From Fibrobacteria bacterium (GTDB lineage Bacteria; Fibrobacterota; Chitinivibrionia; Chitinivibrionales; FEN-1185): a stretch of DNA of 64,000 nt. The stretch is from assembly GCA_037447435.1 (NCBI GenBank), contig JBBIGR010000008.1, positions 88,619 to 152,618 on the forward strand. The letters run 5' to 3'. Position numbers and translations under genes: made by a program. The notes beneath the pieces are model-generated. The model did not search any database. It was not told the DNA's origin and saw only the letters and a list, made by a program, of their open reading frames with translations. Shown one piece after another: positions 60,047 through 64,000 of this stretch; position 1 is the stretch's first letter, and the number at the start of each line of letters is the position of its first letter.

Positions 60047-60081
60047 CATTTTAACGAATTAGGTTGAAGCACTATAAGAAG

Positions 60082-60137
60082 AAATAAAAAAACCTCCAAA
60101 ATGCCCTTTTTAAGCAAATTTAGAGGCCTTTTTATTT
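60082..60137. terminator. Imperfect bidirectional hairpin between the antitoxin and the tRNA fragment
   Basis: AAATAAAAA..CCTC / GAGG..TTTTTATTT. Confidence 0.5.
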
Positions 60138-60181
60138 GTGCCTTAAGGGAATCGAACCCCTAACCTGCGGATTAGAAATCC
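60137..60181 (-). mobile_element. 3' half of tRNA-Arg(TCT), att-like junction of an integrative element
   Basis: Minus strand GGA-TTTCTAA-TCCGC-AGGTT-AGGGG-TTCGATT-CCCTT-AAGGCAC-A gives anticodon loop, variable loop, T arm and acceptor 3' strand. No D arm or 5' acceptor strand upstream. Confidence 0.85.
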
Positions 60182-60243
60182 CCGTGTCAGTGTCAAAAAC
60201 TGCTTAAAAACACTAAATTTCGCATATTCACATTCAAATAACA

Positions 60244-60283
60244 GGGTATAAAAGGGTATGGCTGGGCATTTTTGGGCATTTTT
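60244..60283. repeat. Four GGGYAT motifs at exact 10-bp spacing
   Basis: GGGTAT at 60244 and 60254, GGGCAT at 60264 and 60274. Confidence 0.7.
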
Positions 60284-60838
60284 AACCTTGACACTTTGCG
60301 AAAAACTCTAATGGATATTTATCTCCCCAACCTGCCAAAAAAGATCGCCCCTGCGTGGATAACTCTACTATAGAAACCAATCCGCATACACCCGCTTATA
60401 TTGAACTGCAAATCTGCCCCACTAAGGTATCAGTCATTTGCTTCTTTACCATTTGATTTTTCGAACGTCGATTCCATCGCGTCGATGATTTCGAGGTTGT
60501 TATTGGTTTCTTGCCTCAAACCAAGAAAATCTTTTCCGTCGATCCGATTTTCCATAAATTGAATTGAGAAATCGTAATTAACGACAATATCTGCGCTATT
60601 CGCGCCCATAAGTTTCTGCCGGACGATTGACCATGAGATATCCACAGCAGGCGAGCAGAATGGTTATCGCCGTCACTGCGCCTACGAGAATCATTTTTGC
60701 CGATTTCATGATAGTTTACTTTCTTAAAAAAAAGCTGAACAATATATTCTACAAATTCCGACGATACAAATGAAGTACACTTTTACTAAAAGGCCCAAAA
60801 AGCTGAAAATGTAAAATAGTTTTCGGGCGAGGGCTGCT

Positions 60839-61306
60839 TTATATAGTTGAGTTGGCGGAGGCGATATTGCGAGCGATTCTCGAAAGCTCTTCATCATTTG
60901 CTCGCCTTGAATCGTGCGTCGAAATATAACCTTCGTATTTTATGAAATATTTGTCAACATGGGAGTCAATCCTTTTCCATTTCTTCATTTTTGTTCCATG
61001 CAATGGGAATAATTTCGCGTGAACATGATCGACTTTGAAGCCTTCAAATACCATTCCCGTCCGGCCTACATCGTTAAATGCGTTGTCAATTTTCATCGCA
61101 ACCATTTTTGCCGCCAGGACAAGTTCCGATAGGACGTGGTCGGGGAGTTCAAAGGCATAGCTTGGGTAGTGTTCCTTCGGAATGACCACGGTAACGCCTT
61201 CGGTGTTCGGAAAAATCGAGAGGAAGGCGAGATAACGGTCGTTTTCCCAAACCTTATGACAAGGTGCGGCTCCATTTGTTATTTGACAAAAAATACAGTC
61301 TTTCAT
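60839..61306 (-). CDS. HIT family hydrolase
   Basis: DCIFCQI, FLSIFPNTEG.T.VIPKEH, FEGF.VDHVHAKLFP.HG. Confidence 0.9.
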   Translation of the reverse strand: MKDCIFCQITNGAAPCHKVWENDRYLAFLSIFPNTEGVTVVIPKEHYPSYAFELPDHVLSELVLAAKMVAMKIDNAFNDVGRTGMVFEGFKVDHVHAKLFPLHGTKMKKWKRIDSHVDKYFIKYEGYISTHDSRRANDEELSRIARNIASANSTI

Positions 61307-61323
61307 CGAAGGATTCCTTTGCG

Positions 61324-62499
61324 CTAACTTTTTGCCTTTTCAATTTCTTGCGCAGGCAAAAGATGCTTGGGAAAAAAAGCGATGCCTGCTATCAGTGTCG
61401 GAACGACGGCGCTTGCAATGACGGTTGCCACCAAGAAGGAATATTGCTTTTGCGTCACTATACCGTGCGAAAATCCGTATAAAGCGGAAATAGTGCCGAA
61501 CGTGAGACCGGTTGACATCATCAGCGTATAATACCAGCGTTCGTTGTTTTTGCGTATGAATAGACCGATTGCAGGGTACAAGCCGAATATTTTGGTTGCC
61601 ACCTTTCCGGCTAGTAGCACGATGAATATTACCGGAGCGGAAATAAGCGCTGGCAACGAAACAAGAGTGCCGGCCCTAAGAAAATAGAAGGGCGTAAGAA
61701 AACCGACGGTCAACGTGCGCAACCGTCGAATCCAAAGAGAGTCGCCATTGGTGGCTTGGGCCAGTACCATGCCGACAAGATAAGCGGGAAGCACCGCTTC
61801 GCTGCCCGACCATAAGGCAAGAGCGCCCAGCCCGAAGAGCACGAAGATTACCCATTTCGTTCTGATTGCTGCTGTTCTATACCCATAAACCTTACTCAAA
61901 ACACGGGTCAGGAAGGGAAGGAGCAGCAGAAAGACCACGGTCACGGAAACAAAGATTATGGACTTATAAGTAAATGGAGCGAATAAAAGGCCTAATGCGA
62001 TTACCGTGCCGAGATCGTTGACAAAGCATGATCCGAGTATTCCTTTGCCGAATTCTGTTTTATTAAAACCCGTTTCCAGCATAACCGCGTAGACTACGGC
62101 CATGGAAGTAGTCGAAAGCGCGACGCCGCAAAGCAGACTGGCCCGTACGCTCCATCCAACGCCGAAATGGGCGATTGCCGCACAACCCAAAAACGGAGCC
62201 CAAAAGCCGACAATCCCTACTACGCTTACTTCTTTCACCTTTGTACGCATGACTGAAGGATCAAGTTCAGCGCCAGCAAGAAAAGTCAGAAGAACTACGC
62301 CGGTTGAAGCAAGGAAACGAAGCCATTCAAGATTTGAACCTAAAGACTCGCTTTTGCCGATCAAGGAGGCGACCGCTCCGGCGGCAACACCGACGCAAAT
62401 CTCAATCAGAGCAATTGAAATCCTGAGGTGAAAGGCGATCATGGCGGAAACGATTGCAAGACCGAGCCAGATTGAGGCAATAAGGAAAGCGTGTTCCAT
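61324..62499 (-). CDS. Cation:proton antiporter (Na_H_Exchanger/CPA family)
   Basis: About 12 TMs, LTFLAGAE, LSTTS.AVV, F.ND, FLTPFYF..G, MSTGLTFG. No C-terminal RCK domain. Confidence 0.88.
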   Translation of the reverse strand: MEHAFLIASIWLGLAIVSAMIAFHLRISIALIEICVGVAAGAVASLIGKSESLGSNLEWLRFLASTGVVLLTFLAGAELDPSVMRTKVKEVSVVGIVGFWAPFLGCAAIAHFGVGWSVRASLLCGVALSTTSMAVVYAVMLETGFNKTEFGKGILGSCFVNDLGTVIALGLLFAPFTYKSIIFVSVTVVFLLLLPFLTRVLSKVYGYRTAAIRTKWVIFVLFGLGALALWSGSEAVLPAYLVGMVLAQATNGDSLWIRRLRTLTVGFLTPFYFLRAGTLVSLPALISAPVIFIVLLAGKVATKIFGLYPAIGLFIRKNNERWYYTLMMSTGLTFGTISALYGFSHGIVTQKQYSFLVATVIASAVVPTLIAGIAFFPKHLLPAQEIEKAKS

Positions 62500-62541
62500 A
62501 CCAAACGACTCCTATTTTTGAGGTACAGCCGTGAACCAACC

Positions 62542-62604
62542 ATAGGAGTCATTAGCCAAAATGTACCACTAAAAACTGGCGGTTAAAGGTGGGACTCCAT
62601 CACC
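62542..62604 (-). ncRNA. Fluoride riboswitch (crcB motif)
   Basis: Minus strand GGTGATGGAGTCCCACC-TTTAACC-GCCA...TGGC-TAATGACTCCTA. P1 (GGTG/CACC), GAUG core, pseudoknot (GGAGT/ACTCC) and UAAUGAC match the crcB consensus. Confidence 0.93.
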
Positions 62605-62624
62605 TGGAAAATCTATTGGGAAAA

Positions 62625-63062
62625 TTACTTTTGGTCAGCTCTCCTTACGATAAGCACGTCGCAATGAGCCGTTTCACTAATCCGGTCTGCGGTAGGACCA
62701 AGGACTCTGCCCAAAAAATCCGAATGACCGACTTGGCCGATGACGATCAGATCAAAGGCCTTCGTTTCTGCATAGCTCACAATTTCGCGGGCGGCATTAC
62801 CATGCAGGTAAGCGGACGCAATCGAAATATTCCTGGAAGCGGCCGATTGTTCGGCCTGCTGCTTGAGCTTGTTGAAATATTCGTCAGCCGCTTCCTTCTC
62901 GTCATCCACTTCTCCGATTGAAGATGCGTGGTGCGGCAATGGCCCTCGAACCCACACCATCGTTATTGAAGCACCGTATTCTTTTGCAACGGTAAATGCG
63001 CGATCAAGAGCCGCTTTTGAACCATCCGAACCGTCATACGCGGCAAGAATCTTTTTGTACAT
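62625..63062 (-). CDS. Universal stress protein
   Basis: MYKKILAAYDGS..S..AL, DLIVIG..G......LG.TA..I...A.CDVLIVR. Alternative start at 63077. Confidence 0.92.
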   Translation of the reverse strand: MYKKILAAYDGSDGSKAALDRAFTVAKEYGASITMVWVRGPLPHHASSIGEVDDEKEAADEYFNKLKQQAEQSAASRNISIASAYLHGNAAREIVSYAETKAFDLIVIGQVGHSDFLGRVLGPTADRISETAHCDVLIVRRADQK

Positions 63063-63086
63063 GCGATAGGCTCCCATTAAGGATGT

Positions 63087-64000
63087 TCATGTGTTTTTGA
63101 ATGCTTTTTTACCGGCGAAGGCCGCCTGTTTTCCAAGCGATTCTTCAATACGTATCAACTGGTTGAACTTCGCTATTCGTTCGCTCCGACAGCCGGAGCC
63201 GGTTTTCAAATGACCCGCGCAGGTCGCAACCGTCAAATCCGCAATCGTCGTGTCTTCGGTCTCGCCGGACCGGTGTGAAACGAAATAATTGTAATTATTT
63301 TTTGAAGCCAGTTGAATTGTGTCAAGTGTTTCGGTAAGAGTCCCTATTTGATTCAATTTAATCAACACGGAATTTCCGATTCCTTTTGCTATTCCTTGAG
63401 CCAGAATTGAAGGATTCGTACAGAATATGTCATCGCCCACGATCTCGATTTTACGGCCGATCTCATCGGTAAGCAGTTTCCAGCCGTCCCAATCGTTCTC
63501 AGCCATTCCGTCTTCAAGAAGTACGATCGGATACTTGCTTGCCCACGATGCCCAATGCTTGACCATTTGTTCGGAAGTCTTTGCTGATTTGTCCGATTTG
63601 AAAAAAATATACTTGCCGTTGTCCCACATTTCACTGGCAGCCGGATCAAGGCAAATTGAAATGTCTTTGCCCGGTTGGTAACCGGCATTCGAAATTGCTT
63701 CAAGAATTACTTCGATGGCTTCCTCATTTGATTTGAGATTCGGCGCGAAGCCGCCCTCGTCACCAACCGCGGTGCTGTAACCTTTCTTTCCAAGAACGGA
63801 TTTGAGGGTATGGAAAGTCTCTATTCCCATTCTTATTGAAGTGCGAAAATCAGGCGCGTTGTGCGGAGCGATCATAAATTCTTGAAAATCAACATTGTTA
63901 TCCGCGTGTTTTCCTCCATTAATGATATTCATGCATGGAACAGGAAGAAGATTCGCATTTATTCCGCCCAAGTACCGGAAAAAAGGAATGCCGAGACAGT
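63087..64000 (-). CDS. eno: Enolase (5' part lies outside the window)
   Basis: [58 protein letters not shown]...RSER.AK.NQL.RIEE. Confidence 0.96.
   Translation of the reverse strand, partial: CLGIPFFRYLGGINANLLPVPCMNIINGGKHADNNVDFQEFMIAPHNAPDFRTSIRMGIETFHTLKSVLGKKGYSTAVGDEGGFAPNLKSNEEAIEVILEAISNAGYQPGKDISICLDPAASEMWDNGKYIFFKSDKSAKTSEQMVKHWASWASKYPIVLLEDGMAENDWDGWKLLTDEIGRKIEIVGDDIFCTNPSILAQGIAKGIGNSVLIKLNQIGTLTETLDTIQLASKNNYNYFVSHRSGETEDTTIADLTVATCAGHLKTGSGCRSERIAKFNQLIRIEESLGKQAAFAGKKAFKNT

Noticed and set aside
50000..60050. Integron cassette array
   Set aside because: No convincing attC R''/R' box pairs and no integrase; gene orientation is mixed.
60137..60215. Intact tRNA-Arg gene
   Set aside because: The 5' acceptor strand and D arm are missing, so it is treated as an att fragment.
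60430..60645. 71-aa ORF as a real gene
   Set aside because: No recognisable motifs or clear RBS; likely a remnant at the island edge.

Overview
Bacterial chromosomal window. T9SS-type C-terminal domains, a PorT-like barrel, DUF4159/DUF4175 and a sigma-28/CsrA-type leader point to an FCB-group organism, possibly Fibrobacterota (inference only). It has four parts. (1) 1-24.4 kb: an AT-rich surface polysaccharide locus with a HisH/HisF/WbuX amidotransferase triad, two AsnB-like enzymes, five SAM methyltransferases, six glycosyltransferases, two acyltransferases, a Wzy-like protein and the initiating genes. (2) 24.4-47.4 kb: mostly core genes (pncC, znuACB, ABC-F, radical SAM, a sensor kinase lacking its phospho-His, ispG, DUF4159/DUF4175, secDF, beta-CASP hydrolase). 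(3) 47.5-60.1 kb: an accessory mosaic with REP-like repeats, a DUF6261-like gene preceded by a hairpin leader and a degenerate 41-bp-period array, an EEP nuclease, two toxin-antitoxin pairs and a GH3. (4) 60.1-64 kb: a tRNA-Arg(TCT) 3' fragment (att-like) marks the end of a probable integrated element. That element carries a fluoride-stress module: a divergent enolase, USP, a fluoride riboswitch, a cation:proton antiporter and a HIT hydrolase. The best leads are the 41-bp array with DUF6261, the mobile fluoride module, the His-less kinase and a sigma-28/CsrA-led low-complexity protein. Family calls come from motif recognition, not database searches.
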